Assembly (NCBI GenBank): GCA_003522945.1
Contig: DPHR01000168.1
Coordinates: 1,224 to 61,263, forward strand
Direction of reading: 5' to 3'
DNA length: 60,040 nt
DNA from: Clostridiales bacterium
GTDB taxonomy: Bacteria; Bacillota; Clostridia; Oscillospirales; Oscillospiraceae
In this document: positions 1 to 10,725 of the stretch, piece after piece
Numbering within the stretch: the first letter of the stretch is position 1
Layout: the number at the start of each line of letters is the position of its first letter
Notes under the pieces: model-generated
The model's input: the letters and a program-made list of their open reading frames with translations, nothing else
What the model was told of the DNA's origin: nothing
Databases searched by the model: none
Made by a program: the position numbers and the translations under genes

Positions 1-1956
1 GCCACCGACCCGGACCGCGAGGGCGAAGCGATCAGCTGGCATCTCAAGGAGCTTCTGAAGATCCCCGACGAGAAGGCCCGCCGTGTTACCTTTAACGAGA
101 TCACGAAAAAGGTCGTGCAGGAGAGCATTGCCAACCCGCGCGATATCGATCAGGATCTGGTGGACGCGCAGCAGGCGCGCCGCATTCTGGACCGCATCGT
201 CGGCTATAAGCTCAGTCCGCTCCTCTGGCGCAAGGTGCGCCGGGGTCTCTCCGCGGGCCGCGTGCAGTCCGTTGCCATCCGCATGGTCGTGGACCGGGAA
301 AACGAGATCCGGGCTTTCCAGCCGGAGGAATACTGGTATCTGGATGCGCATCTCGACCGCGCCGGGAAGAAGGGCGGCTTTGTCGCCCGCTATTACGGCA
401 CGGCAGACAAGAAAAAAGAGCTTCACAGTGAAAAAGAAGTGGAGGACGTCATCGCCGCCGTGGAAAAGGCGGCGTGGGAGATCGGCTCCGTCAAGCGCGG
501 CGAGCGCCAGCGCAGCCCGTCGCCCCCGTTCATCACCTCCACGCTGCAGCAGGAGGCGAGCCGCCGTCTGGGGCTCACGCCGCGGCGCACGATGAGCATC
601 GCGCAGCAGCTCTACGAAGGCGTGGATATCACCGGCGAAGGCACGGTCGGTCTTATCACCTATATGCGTACCGACTCTCTGCGCCTTTCCGAGGAAGCCA
701 TGGCCGCCGCGGGCAGCTTTATCCGCAGCTTTTACGGCGAGGAGTACTATTACGGCAAACCCCGCCGCTATAAGACCAAGGCGGGCGCGCAGGACGCGCA
801 CGAAGCCATCCGTCCGAGCAACGTGAATCTCACGCCGGAGCGCGTGAAAAAGGATCTCACGGCGGAGCAGTACCGCCTGTACCGGCTGATCTGGGGCCGC
901 TTTACGGCGAGCCAGATGGCAAACGCCGTCTATGATAACGTGGTGATCGATGCTCTCAGCGCCGGACACTGCTTCAAGGCGAATCATTCCTCGCTGCGTT
1001 TCCCGGGGTATACCGCGGTATACGAGGACCCGAACGAGGACGAGGAGACCGGCGGGAAAAAGCCGCTGCCCGATCTTGCCGAGGGCGAGATCGTAACGCT
1101 CAAAAAGCTCGACAAGGAGCAGCGCTTCACCGAGCCTCCGGCGCGTTACACGGAAGCGACGCTCATCCGCGCCATGGAGGAAAAGGGTATCGGCCGTCCG
1201 AGCACGTATGCCCCGACCATCAGCACCATCACCGGGCGCGAGTATGTCGCCAAGGAAGGGAAGTACCTCAAGCCGACGTCCCTCGGCGAAGTCGTCACGG
1301 GACTCATGGAGGAGCGTTTCCCCGATATCGTTGATCTCAAATTCACCGCGCATATGGAAGACCGGCTCGACGAGATCGAAAACGGCAAGATCGACTGGAA
1401 AAACGTTCTGGAAGATTTCTACGGCGATTTTGATAAGGAACTGACCGAAGCGGAAAAGGCGCTCGAGGGCGTGCATATCAAAGTGCCCGACGAGGTCTCC
1501 GACGAGGTGTGCGACAAGTGCGGCCGTCATCTTGTCGTAAAGAGCGGACGGTTTGGCCGCTTCCTTGCCTGCCCCGGCTTCCCGGAGTGCAACTTTACAA
1601 AACCTATCGTCATCGAAATGCCCGGGCGGTGCCCGAAGTGCGGCGGACGTATCTTCAAGCGCACATCCAAGAAGGGCTATACGTATTACGCCTGCGAGCG
1701 CGGCGCGGAGTGCGGCTTTATGACGTGGGACGTTCCGGTCAAGGACGTTTGCCCGTCCTGCGGCAAAACGCTCTTCAAGCTCTCGGGCAAGGGCGCGAGA
1801 AAGCCGTTCTGTGTCAATCCCGAGTGCGACATGTTCGTGCCGGAGGAAAAACGCGGCTACCGCCGCAAGGCCGCCGCGGATAAGACGGCCGAAAAGCCGC
1901 AGGAATCGTCGGCAGAGAGCACAGAAAAGAAAGACACACCGAAAGAGGATAAATGA
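1..1956 (+). CDS. topA: DNA topoisomerase I; 5' end lies upstream of the window
   Basis: Frame 1 is open from base 1 (ATDPDREGEAISWHLKE) into ORF 115..1956. It has RILDRIVGYKLSPLLW and GRVQSVA motifs, a YMRTDS active-site Tyr region, C-terminal CxxC zinc ribbons and a K/E-rich tail. Confidence 0.95.
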   Translation, partial: ATDPDREGEAISWHLKELLKIPDEKARRVTFNEITKKVVQESIANPRDIDQDLVDAQQARRILDRIVGYKLSPLLWRKVRRGLSAGRVQSVAIRMVVDRENEIRAFQPEEYWYLDAHLDRAGKKGGFVARYYGTADKKKELHSEKEVEDVIAAVEKAAWEIGSVKRGERQRSPSPPFITSTLQQEASRRLGLTPRRTMSIAQQLYEGVDITGEGTVGLITYMRTDSLRLSEEAMAAAGSFIRSFYGEEYYYGKPRRYKTKAGAQDAHEAIRPSNVNLTPERVKKDLTAEQYRLYRLIWGRFTASQMANAVYDNVVIDALSAGHCFKANHSSLRFPGYTAVYEDPNEDEETGGKKPLPDLAEGEIVTLKKLDKEQRFTEPPARYTEATLIRAMEEKGIGRPSTYAPTISTITGREYVAKEGKYLKPTSLGEVVTGLMEERFPDIVDLKFTAHMEDRLDEIENGKIDWKNVLEDFYGDFDKELTEAEKALEGVHIKVPDEVSDEVCDKCGRHLVVKSGRFGRFLACPGFPECNFTKPIVIEMPGRCPKCGGRIFKRTSKKGYTYYACERGAECGFMTWDVPVKDVCPSCGKTLFKLSGKGARKPFCVNPECDMFVPEEKRGYRRKAAADKTAEKPQESSAESTEKKDTPKEDK

Positions 1957-3275
1957 ACGCTGTAACGGTTGTCGGAGCCGGTCTTGCCGGTTCCGAAGCG
2001 GCTTATCAGCTCGCCATCCGGGGCATCCCGGTGCGGCTGATCGAAATGAAGCCGAAAAAAATGACTCCGGCGCACGTCTCTCCGTATTTTGCGGAGCTCG
2101 TGTGCTCCAACTCGCTGCGCAGCGACGAGCTTACCAACGCCGTGGGGCTTCTCAAAGAAGAGCTGCGGCGGCTCGGCAGCATCGTGATGCGCTGTGCCGA
2201 TGAGCACCGCGTAGCTGCCGGCGGCGCGTTGGCGGTGGACCGCGAAGGCTTTGCCCGCGCCGTGACCGAGGCCGTCCGCGCCCTTCCCAATGTGAAGATC
2301 GTTGAGGAAGAGGCGGTGGATATTCCCGACGGAGAAGTCATCATCGCAAGCGGCCCGCTCACCTCGGACGTGCTCGCGGAAAACATCCTTCGCCGCACCG
2401 GCAGCGAAGGGCTGCACTTCTACGATGCCGTCGCGCCGATCGTATCGCTGGATTCCGTCGATATGGAAAGCGCGTTCCGCGCCTCCCGGTATGATAAGGG
2501 AACTGCGGATTATGTAAACTGCCCGATGACCGAGGAGGAATACACCGCGTTCTGGAAGGAGCTGACGACCGCCCGCGAAGCGGCGGTCCACGGCTTTGAC
2601 GACGGCGGCGTATTTGAAGGCTGCATGCCGGTCGAGGTCATGGCGCGCCGCGGCTTTGATACGCTGCGCTACGGGCCGATGAAGCCGGTAGGACTGCGCG
2701 ATCCGCACACGGGGCACGAGCCCTATGCCGTGGTGCAGCTCCGGCAGGACAATGCCGACGGTACGCTCTATAACCTCGTCGGCTTCCAGACGCATCTGGC
2801 GTTTCCGGAGCAGCGGCGGGTTTTCTCGATGATCCCGGCGCTGCGCGAGGCGGAGTTTGTCCGCTACGGCGTGATGCACCGGAATACCTATTTGCAGTCG
2901 CCCGGAAAGCTCGATCGGTATTACCGGCTGATCGCCGAGCCGCGTATTGCCTTCGCCGGACAGATCACCGGCGTCGAGGGGTATGTGGAATCCTGCGCCT
3001 CCGGCATGCTCGCTTCGCTTGAAATGGCGGCGCGGCTTTTGGGGCTGCCGCCGGTCGATTTCTCGCAGGAAACGGCCATCGGCGCGCTGGGGCTGTATAT
3101 TTCCCACGGCAGCATCGGCGATTTCCAGCCGATGAACATCAATTTCGGCATCATTTCCCCGCTGACCTACCGGGTCAAGGGGAAAAGAAATAAAAATGCG
3201 GAGATCTCGGCACGTTCGCTGGCGCAGATCGACGAGCTGGTGAAAGGAGACCTTTGGAATGCGTATTCTCATTGA
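1953..3275 (+). CDS. trmFO: methylenetetrahydrofolate--tRNA-(uracil-5-)-methyltransferase TrmFO
   Basis: N-terminal VVGAGLAGSEAAYQLA FAD-binding fold and CSNSLRSD motif; 440 aa; ATGA overlap with the topA stop. Confidence 0.92.
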   Translation: MNAVTVVGAGLAGSEAAYQLAIRGIPVRLIEMKPKKMTPAHVSPYFAELVCSNSLRSDELTNAVGLLKEELRRLGSIVMRCADEHRVAAGGALAVDREGFARAVTEAVRALPNVKIVEEEAVDIPDGEVIIASGPLTSDVLAENILRRTGSEGLHFYDAVAPIVSLDSVDMESAFRASRYDKGTADYVNCPMTEEEYTAFWKELTTAREAAVHGFDDGGVFEGCMPVEVMARRGFDTLRYGPMKPVGLRDPHTGHEPYAVVQLRQDNADGTLYNLVGFQTHLAFPEQRRVFSMIPALREAEFVRYGVMHRNTYLQSPGKLDRYYRLIAEPRIAFAGQITGVEGYVESCASGMLASLEMAARLLGLPPVDFSQETAIGALGLYISHGSIGDFQPMNINFGIISPLTYRVKGKRNKNAEISARSLAQIDELVKGDLWNAYSH

Positions 3276-4287
3276 CGCCATGGGCGGCGATAACGCGCCC
3301 GGCGAGATCGTCCGCGGCGCGGTGGAAGCCTCGCGCGAGTTTCACGTGGATGTAGCGCTTGTGGGCCGAGAGGCGGAGATCCTCGCTTGTCTGAACGAGA
3401 TGGATGTCATGCCCGGCGAACATATTCAGATCGTGAACGCGCCGGACGTTATTTCCATGGAGGATGACCCGAGCACAGCCACGCGCAAAAAGCCGGAGTC
3501 TTCGATGTCCGTTGCGCTCCAGCTGCTTCACCGCGGCGAGGGCGACGCCGTTATTTCCGCCGGAAGCACCGGCGCTCTTTTGAGCGGCGCTACGCTCACG
3601 GTGCGCCGCATCCGCGGCATCCGCCGTGCCTGCTTTGGCCCGGTGATTCCGAACGGCGGCAAAGGTACGCTTCTGATCGACTGCGGCGCGAATGTGGAAT
3701 GCACGGCGGAGTATCTGCTGCAGTTTGCCTATATGGGCAAGTTCTATACGCACGATCTTCTCGGGTGCGAAGATCCCCGCATCGGTCTTTTGAATATCGG
3801 CGCGGAGGAGACGAAGGGAACGGAGCTTCAGAAGCAGACCTATGCTCTTCTGAAGGAAGCTCACGAAGCTGGGCGGCTTAACTTTGTCGGCAACGTGGAA
3901 GCGCGCGACGTTTTCTCCGGAAATGTTGATGTCCTTGTGTGTGACGGTTTCTCCGGAAACGTGCTGCTCAAGTGCATTGAGGGCACAGCCATGATGCTTA
4001 TGAAGCGTCTCAAAGGCATTTTCTATAAAAACACCGCCAATAAGCTCGCGGCGGCCGTGCTCAAAAAGGATGTGTACGCGCTCAAGTCGCTCTTTGATCC
4101 GAGCGAGGTCGGCGGCACGGCGCTGCTCGGCATTTCCAAGCCCGTCATTAAGGCGCACGGCTCTTCGGATGCTCGCGCTATCCGCAGCGCCGTCCGGCAG
4201 GCAATCACATTCATCGATTCTGACGTGATCGGCAGCATCGAGAAGAATGTTGCATATATGCGTATTTCACCGAACGAAGGAGAATAA
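3259..4287 (+). CDS. plsX: phosphate acyltransferase PlsX
   Basis: MRILIDAMGGDNAP N-terminus and overall PlsX-like sequence; AAAGGAG RBS; start overlaps the trmFO 3' end by 17 nt. Confidence 0.94.
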   Translation: MRILIDAMGGDNAPGEIVRGAVEASREFHVDVALVGREAEILACLNEMDVMPGEHIQIVNAPDVISMEDDPSTATRKKPESSMSVALQLLHRGEGDAVISAGSTGALLSGATLTVRRIRGIRRACFGPVIPNGGKGTLLIDCGANVECTAEYLLQFAYMGKFYTHDLLGCEDPRIGLLNIGAEETKGTELQKQTYALLKEAHEAGRLNFVGNVEARDVFSGNVDVLVCDGFSGNVLLKCIEGTAMMLMKRLKGIFYKNTANKLAAAVLKKDVYALKSLFDPSEVGGTALLGISKPVIKAHGSSDARAIRSAVRQAITFIDSDVIGSIEKNVAYMRISPNEGE

Positions 4288-4293
4288 AAAGAC

Positions 4294-4530
4294 ATGGTAC
4301 TCGAACAAATCATCAAAATGGTCGCCGAGCAGTTTATGATCGACGAAAACGAAATCAGCGCGGATACGTCCTTTGTGGACGATCTGGGCGCGGACTCTCT
4401 CGACGTTGTGGAGCTTACGATGGCGCTGGAAGAGACCTTCTCGCTGCCCGACACGCCGGAAGACGAGCTGACCAACATCCACACCGTCGGCGACCTTGCC
4501 GATTACGTGTCCCGCGCAACGCAGGAATAA
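4294..4530 (+). CDS. acpP: acyl carrier protein
   Basis: 78 aa with the GADSLDVVEL phosphopantetheine-attachment motif. Confidence 0.95.
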   Translation: MVLEQIIKMVAEQFMIDENEISADTSFVDDLGADSLDVVELTMALEETFSLPDTPEDELTNIHTVGDLADYVSRATQE

Positions 4531-4534
4531 GCGC

Positions 4535-5212
4535 ATGACCGCTCTGGAAGAGAGACTGGGCCATTCGTTCCGAAACCGGGCGCTGCTCGAAACGGCGGTA
4601 ACGCACAGTTCCTATGCCAACGAGAACCGCGCTTCCGGTATCGTCTGCAACGAACGGCTGGAGTTTTTGGGTGATTCCGTTCTCGGCGTTACGGTCGCGG
4701 ATTTCCTGTACCGGCATTTTCCCGATATGCCGGAGGGCCGCATGACGCGGCTCCGCGCGGAGCTCGTCTGCGAGCAGTCGCTCCATCGTGTGGCGCTGGA
4801 GCTGCATCTGGGCGACTATCTCCGTCTCGGCAAGGGTGAGGAGCACAACGGCGGTCGGGAGCGCGCGTCGATCCTTTCCGACGCTGTGGAGGCGGTCATT
4901 GCCGCTATGTATCTCGACGCCGGCATGGAAACAGCGGCGGATTTTATCCATCGCTGCCTGCTGGACGATGTCCGAACCATCGAAACGCCGTCCTTCACCG
5001 ACTATAAAACCGCCCTGCAGGAGCTTGTGCAGCGTCAAAGCGGGCAGGTGCTCTCCTACGAGCTTGTCGGCGAGGAGGGGCCGGATCACGCAAAGACGTT
5101 CCGCATGCAGGTCTGTCTGAACGGCGAGCCGGTCGGACTCGGAACCGGACGCACCAAAAAGGAAGCGGAGCAGACGGCGGCTGCCAGCGCGCTGGAGGCG
5201 CTGCGGAAGTGA
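4535..5212 (+). CDS. rnc: ribonuclease III
   Basis: ATG at 4535, 4 nt after the acpP stop (the track ORF starts earlier at 4496). ERLEFLGDSVL RNase III signature and a C-terminal dsRBD (GTGRTKKEAEQTAA). Confidence 0.93.
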   Translation: MTALEERLGHSFRNRALLETAVTHSSYANENRASGIVCNERLEFLGDSVLGVTVADFLYRHFPDMPEGRMTRLRAELVCEQSLHRVALELHLGDYLRLGKGEEHNGGRERASILSDAVEAVIAAMYLDAGMETAADFIHRCLLDDVRTIETPSFTDYKTALQELVQRQSGQVLSYELVGEEGPDHAKTFRMQVCLNGEPVGLGTGRTKKEAEQTAAASALEALRK

Positions 5213-6201
5213 CGCCGCGCCGCCGCATTCTTCCCATATTTGTCCCTCATGCAGGCTGCCCGAATGACTGCGTTTTCTGCAACCAGAAACGCATCTCCGG
5301 CAGCCTGCTTCCGGCTTCTGCGGAAACGGTGCGTGCCGCCGTTTCCGTGCTCGAGCCGGGCAGCGGATATGAGCTGGCGTTTTACGGCGGCAGCTTTACC
5401 GCCATACCCGAAGCCGAGCAGGAAGCGCTCCTTGCCGCGGCGATCCCGGCGCGGGAATCCGGCGCTGTTTCAGCGCTTCGCGTATCGACACGGCCGGACG
5501 CCGTGACGGAGGAAAAGCTGGCGCGCCTGCGCCGGTACGGTGTCGAGACGGTGGAGCTCGGCGCGCAGTCCATGTGCGATGAGGTGCTTTTACGCAGCGG
5601 GCGCGGGCATATGAGCGAGGATACCGTGAAGGCGGCAAAACTTGTGAAGGACGCCGGTTTCACGCTGATTCTGCAGATGATGACCGGCCTTCCCGGCAGC
5701 GACGATGCGCGCGATATCCAGACGGCACGCTCTATTGCCGCGCTTCACCCGGACGGCGTGCGCATTTATCCGACGGTCATTCTCCGCGATACGCCGCTCT
5801 GTGACCTCTGGCAGGCGGGGAAGTACCGGGAGCATACCGTGGAGGATGCCGTGCGCGTATGCGCGCGTATTCTGCCCATATTTGAGAATGCCGGGATCCC
5901 GGTCATCCGTCTGGGGCTGAACCCCTCGGACGAGCTCTCCGGCGGCGCCGCCGTCGGCGGAGCGTATCATCCCTCGCTCGGCGAGCTGGTGCGTTCGCGG
6001 CTCTGGCGCGATAAGGCCGAGGCGATCCTCTCCGGCATCGAGCCGGGATCGGACGTCGTTTTCGGTGTTTCGGCGAACCGTATTTCCGTGATGACAGGGC
6101 AGCATCGCGCTAATCTATCGTATCTTCAGGAGCGATTCGCGCTCCGGTCGGTGCGCGTATGCGCGTCCGACGTACCGGACGGGGAGATCGTCCGGATATA
6201 A
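5209..6201 (+). CDS. radical SAM protein (ELP3/MiaB-like family, function unassigned)
   Basis: CPNDCVFC matches the CxxxCxxC radical-SAM cluster motif near the N-terminus; GTG start overlaps the rnc stop (GTGA). Confidence 0.8.
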   Translation: MTPRRRILPIFVPHAGCPNDCVFCNQKRISGSLLPASAETVRAAVSVLEPGSGYELAFYGGSFTAIPEAEQEALLAAAIPARESGAVSALRVSTRPDAVTEEKLARLRRYGVETVELGAQSMCDEVLLRSGRGHMSEDTVKAAKLVKDAGFTLILQMMTGLPGSDDARDIQTARSIAALHPDGVRIYPTVILRDTPLCDLWQAGKYREHTVEDAVRVCARILPIFENAGIPVIRLGLNPSDELSGGAAVGGAYHPSLGELVRSRLWRDKAEAILSGIEPGSDVVFGVSANRISVMTGQHRANLSYLQERFALRSVRVCASDVPDGEIVRI

Positions 6202-6202
6202 G

Positions 6203-6231
6203 TTGCAAAAAAAGACGATTTAGTATATAAT
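6203..6231 (+). promoter_or_regulatory. sigma-A-type promoter upstream of smc
   Basis: TTGCAA-N17-TATAAT inside the only AT-rich gap of the 1-17 kb gene string, 43 nt upstream of the smc GTG. Confidence 0.6.
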
Positions 6232-6273
6232 AAATTGTTTTGATGCATCTTTAATTGCTGAGGAGAAGAAACC

Positions 6274-9200
6274 GTGTATTTAAAAGCGCTGGAACTCCAG
6301 GGCTTCAAGTCGTTTCCCGAAAAGACGCGGCTGAGCTTTGAAAAAGATATAACCGTGATCGTCGGGCCCAACGGCAGCGGCAAATCCAATTTGTCGGACG
6401 CGCTGCTGTGGGTCATGGGCGAGCAGAAAACGCGGATGCTGCGCGGCGGGAAAATGGAGGACGTCATTTTCGGCGGCACAGAAAAGCGCGGCGCCATGGG
6501 CTTTGCGCAGGTGACGCTCGTGCTGGATAATACAACGCGCATCCTGCCGCTCGATACCGACGAGGTCAGCATCGCCCGGCGCTACTACCGCAGCGGCGAG
6601 AGCGAATATTACATCAACCGCGAGCAGGTACGCCTGCGTGACGTAACGGAACTGCTGATGGATACCGGTCTCGGCTGCGACGGCTACTCGATCATCGGGC
6701 AGGGGCGTATCAGCGAGATCGTCTCCGCCAAATCTACCGACCGGCGCGAGATATTTGAAGAAGCCGCGGGCATTGCCCGCTTCCGCCACCGCAAGGACGA
6801 GTCCGAGCGCAAGCTCGCCCGCACGGAGGACAACCTCCTGCGCATCGGCGATAAGATCTCGGAGCTTGAAATACAGGTCGAACCGCTGCGCAAGCAGTCG
6901 GAAACGGCGCAGAAGTACCTTGTTCTGCGCGACCAGCTCCGCGAACAGGAGGTATCGCTCTGGATGGCGAACCTCGATCGGCTGCACGAGCAGTCGGAGC
7001 TGCTGCGCTCGGACTATGAGCGCTCGGTCGTGGAGTGTACGGCGGCACGCTCGGAGCAGGACCGTTTGTACGCCGAGAGTGAGCGCCTTGCCGCGCGCAT
7101 GCGCGAAATGGACGTGAAGTCCGAGGATCTTCGGGAAAAGCTTCGCACGACGGAGGCTGCGGCCGCAGACGCCGAGAGCGGCGCCGCCGTGGTGCGCACG
7201 CAGCTTGCGAACAACGCTGAAACGCTTTTGCGTCTGCAGCGCGAGATCGGCGAGCAGAAGGAGCGCGCCGGAGGGCTATCCCGTCAGGTCGGGGAGCACC
7301 GCGCACGCATCGAGAGCATCGCCGCCGAACGGCGCGCGCTGGCCGACCGCGCGGAGGAACTCCGCCGCAGCGAGGCGGAAAACGCCTCCGGCATGGACGA
7401 ACAGAACAAGCGTCTCTCCGCCATGCTCGCGCATGAGAGTGAGCTCACCGGTACGCTCACCGAGAGCCGCACGGCGATCACGCTTCTTGCGGAAAACCGC
7501 GAGACGATGGAAGAGCGCGCTGTGCAGGCAAAGGAAGAGCTCGCCGCCGCGGAGCGGAAGGACGAGGAAGCCTCGGCGCGTCTCACGGAAGAGAAGAAGC
7601 GCCTGAATGAGATAAAGGAAAAAGAACAGAGCCTTGCCAACGTGATCTCCGGTCACTCCATGCTCATGGCAGGGCGTGAGCAGAAGGCGGCGGAGGCCGC
7701 CGAACGGCAGACAAAGCTCACAGTGGAGCTTCGCTCCTGCGATTCGCGCATCCACCTCCTTTCGGAACTGGAAAAGGAGCTGGAGGGCTTCAGCAAGGCC
7801 GCGAAGATCGTCATGCAGGAGTCGGAGCGCGGCACGCTGCGCGGTGTGCACGGGCCGGTCGGCAAAATGATCCGCACCGAGGACCGGTACGCGCTCGCCG
7901 TGGAAACGGCGCTCGGCGCGCACGTCGGCGATATTATTGTTGATACGCAGGATAACGGCAAGGATATATTCGCGCTCTTGAAACGGCGCGACGGCGGGCG
8001 CGTAACGCTCCAGCCGATGGATGTGATCCGTCCGGCGCGGCTGAACGGTGAGCCGAGAGGCGAGGCGGGCTACGTCGGCGTGTGCTCCGATCTTGTAAAC
8101 TGCGATAAACGCTACAGCGCCGTCATAGCGAGCCTTCTCGGGCGCACGGCCGTTGCGGAAACGCTCACCGACGCCATCGCCATTGCACGCCGGCACAATA
8201 ACAGCTTCCGCATCGTGACGCTCGACGGACAGATTTTGAATGCCGGCGGCTCGATGACCGGCGGCAGCGCCGGAAAAAACACCGGAATCCTCTCGCGCGC
8301 CAACGAGCTCAAGCGTCTCCGCGAAAAGCGCGGCGATCTGGAAGCGCAGCTCTCGCAGACGGAATCGCAGCGGCGGGAAGCCGAGCGCGAGCTGCAGAGC
8401 GCGCGCTACGATCTTGAAACGGCCCGCGAAGAACACGCTGCGGCGCGGCAGGAAACGGCGCGGCAGGAGGGCCTCGTTGCGCAGGCACAGCTTCTGCGCA
8501 CGGCAGCGGCGGACGCGCTCGACGCGCTCGACGAGGAGATCCGCTCCGCCTCCGCACGGCGGCGCGAAAACGAGAGCCGCACGGCGGCACTGCAGGAAAC
8601 GTGCGCCGCGGCGGAGAAGGAGCTTGCCTCGCTCCGCGCGGATATGGAAAAGGAATCCGCCGGCATCGAGAGCTTTGAAGCGCGCCGGCGGGAGCTCGAG
8701 GAGAGCTTCAGCGCCATTCGCGCGCAGCAGGCGTCGCTCGACGCCGAGCGCAGCACCGTGCTGCTCGCCATCGAACAGCTCGAACGCCTGCGCGCCGAGT
8801 TAGAGAGCGATTCCGGCGCGCGCCGAAGCGCTATGAACGCCGTGGAGCAGCAGAAAGCGGAGCTCGAAGAGCAGCAGACTACGCTCGCGGAGCGTTTGGA
8901 AACGCTGCGCGCACAGGCGCAGCAGGAAAAGGACGCGCTCACGCAGCTCACCGCAAATAAAATGGAGCTGGAAGGCCGCCGCAGCGCCGCTGACAAAGCC
9001 GCGCAGGAGAAGAACCGCGCCCTGCTCGATCTCGAACGCAGCAGTGCCCAGCTCGAACAGAAGAAAATGGCGGCGGAGATGGAAGAGCGCCAGATCGTGG
9101 AAAAACTCTGGGACAGCTACGAGCTCAGCCGCACGGAAGCGGAAAAAGTCCGTCAGCCCGTCGAAAGCCTTGCCAAGGCCGGGCGGCAGGTCAGCGAGCT

Positions 9201-9834
9201 GCGCCGGAGCATGTCCGCGCTCGGTACGCCGAACCTCGGCGCGATCGAGGAATATAAGCGCGTGAGCGAGCGGTACACCTTCCTTTCCGAGCAGCGCGAC
9301 GATGTGCAGAAATCCAAGGATGAGATTTTGAAGATCATCGCCGATATCACCGCGCAGATGGAAGAAATCTTTGTCCGCGAGATCCAGGAGATCGACGAGG
9401 CGTTCCGCCAGATATTTGTAGAGCTCTTCGGCGGCGGCAAGGCGTCGCTTTCTCTCGAGGATATGAACGATGTGCTCAACTGCGGCATCGATATCCGCAT
9501 CCAGCCACCCGGAAAAGCGGTTTCCAACATCAGCCTGCTCTCCGGCGGCGAAAAGGCGTTCGTTGCCATCGCGCTGTATTTTGCCATCATGCGTGTCCGC
9601 CCGACGCCGTTCTGCATTATGGACGAGATCGAATCGGCGCTTGACGAGGAAAACGTTGCCCGGTACGCGGCGTACATGCGCCGCATGTGCGGAAAAACGC
9701 AGTTCATTGCCATTACGCACCGCCGCGGCACGATGGAAGAGGCCGATCAGCTCTACGGCGTCACCATGCAGGAAAAAGGCGTCAGCACCGTGCTGGCGAT
9801 GGATATGGAAGAAGCGCTCCAAACCATTCGCTGA
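6274..9834 (+). CDS. smc: chromosome segregation protein SMC
   Basis: GTG start after a GAGGAGAAG RBS. Walker A GPNGSGKSN, long coiled-coil arms with a hinge, C-terminal LSGGEKA signature and Walker B CIMDEIESALD; 1186 aa. Confidence 0.97.
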   Translation: MYLKALELQGFKSFPEKTRLSFEKDITVIVGPNGSGKSNLSDALLWVMGEQKTRMLRGGKMEDVIFGGTEKRGAMGFAQVTLVLDNTTRILPLDTDEVSIARRYYRSGESEYYINREQVRLRDVTELLMDTGLGCDGYSIIGQGRISEIVSAKSTDRREIFEEAAGIARFRHRKDESERKLARTEDNLLRIGDKISELEIQVEPLRKQSETAQKYLVLRDQLREQEVSLWMANLDRLHEQSELLRSDYERSVVECTAARSEQDRLYAESERLAARMREMDVKSEDLREKLRTTEAAAADAESGAAVVRTQLANNAETLLRLQREIGEQKERAGGLSRQVGEHRARIESIAAERRALADRAEELRRSEAENASGMDEQNKRLSAMLAHESELTGTLTESRTAITLLAENRETMEERAVQAKEELAAAERKDEEASARLTEEKKRLNEIKEKEQSLANVISGHSMLMAGREQKAAEAAERQTKLTVELRSCDSRIHLLSELEKELEGFSKAAKIVMQESERGTLRGVHGPVGKMIRTEDRYALAVETALGAHVGDIIVDTQDNGKDIFALLKRRDGGRVTLQPMDVIRPARLNGEPRGEAGYVGVCSDLVNCDKRYSAVIASLLGRTAVAETLTDAIAIARRHNNSFRIVTLDGQILNAGGSMTGGSAGKNTGILSRANELKRLREKRGDLEAQLSQTESQRREAERELQSARYDLETAREEHAAARQETARQEGLVAQAQLLRTAAADALDALDEEIRSASARRRENESRTAALQETCAAAEKELASLRADMEKESAGIESFEARRRELEESFSAIRAQQASLDAERSTVLLAIEQLERLRAELESDSGARRSAMNAVEQQKAELEEQQTTLAERLETLRAQAQQEKDALTQLTANKMELEGRRSAADKAAQEKNRALLDLERSSAQLEQKKMAAEMEERQIVEKLWDSYELSRTEAEKVRQPVESLAKAGRQVSELRRSMSALGTPNLGAIEEYKRVSERYTFLSEQRDDVQKSKDEILKIIADITAQMEEIFVREIQEIDEAFRQIFVELFGGGKASLSLEDMNDVLNCGIDIRIQPPGKAVSNISLLSGGEKAFVAIALYFAIMRVRPTPFCIMDEIESALDEENVARYAAYMRRMCGKTQFIAITHRRGTMEEADQLYGVTMQEKGVSTVLAMDMEEALQTIR

Positions 9835-9849
9835 AAGGAGAAAACAGCC

Positions 9850-10725
9850 ATGGGATTCTTTGATAAAATGAAAGCCGCGTTCAACAACGCAATGGCGGAC
9901 TTCACCGGAGAAAACGAGGAAGCCTACGAAACACTGGAGGAAATGCTCATTCTGTCCGACGCCGGTATGGATACGACGGAGGACATTATGGAAAAGCTGC
10001 GCCGCCGCGTCCGCGATGAGGGCTGCCGCGGCGAGGAACAGCTCCGCAAAATGCTCGCGTCCATTCTGACCGATACGATGGACGCCGGGGATAACGCACT
10101 GCATCTCGACACAAAACCGTCCGTCATTCTCGTTGTCGGCGTCAACGGCGTCGGCAAAACGACGACCATCGGCAAACTCGCCTCCCGGCTGACGGCGGAA
10201 GGCAGATCCGTTCTTCTCTGCGCGGGCGACACGTTCCGCGCCGCCGCTGCCGAACAGCTCACCGTGTGGGCAGATCGTGCGGGATGCGATATCGTGCGCC
10301 ACGAAGAGGGGAGCGACCCCGCCGCCGTCGTGTTCGACGCGATCGCCGCGGCCAAGGCGCGCGGCCGCGACGTCATCATCGTGGATACCGCCGGACGGCT
10401 GCACAATAAGGCCAATCTTATGAACGAGCTCTCCAAGATCCGCCGCGTCATCGACCGCGAGCTGCCGGATGCGAGCGTGGAATGCCTGATGGTTCTTGAC
10501 GCTACGACCGGTCAGAACGGTCTCATCCAGGCGAAGGTCTTCGGCGAGTCGGCGGGGCTCACCGGCATCGTTCTCACGAAGCTCGACGGCACCGCCAAGG
10601 GCGGGATCGTGTTCGCCATCAAGCGGGAGCTCGGTCTGCCCGTGAAGTTCATCGGCGTGGGCGAGGGCGTGAATGATCTCAAGCCCTTTGTACCGGAAGA
10701 ATTTGCGGAGGCGCTGCTCGAATGA
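9850..10725 (+). CDS. ftsY: signal recognition particle receptor FtsY
   Basis: NG domain motifs [21 protein letters not shown] and [10 protein letters not shown]; located after smc as in other Firmicutes. Confidence 0.95.
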   Translation: MGFFDKMKAAFNNAMADFTGENEEAYETLEEMLILSDAGMDTTEDIMEKLRRRVRDEGCRGEEQLRKMLASILTDTMDAGDNALHLDTKPSVILVVGVNGVGKTTTIGKLASRLTAEGRSVLLCAGDTFRAAAAEQLTVWADRAGCDIVRHEEGSDPAAVVFDAIAAAKARGRDVIIVDTAGRLHNKANLMNELSKIRRVIDRELPDASVECLMVLDATTGQNGLIQAKVFGESAGLTGIVLTKLDGTAKGGIVFAIKRELGLPVKFIGVGEGVNDLKPFVPEEFAEALLE

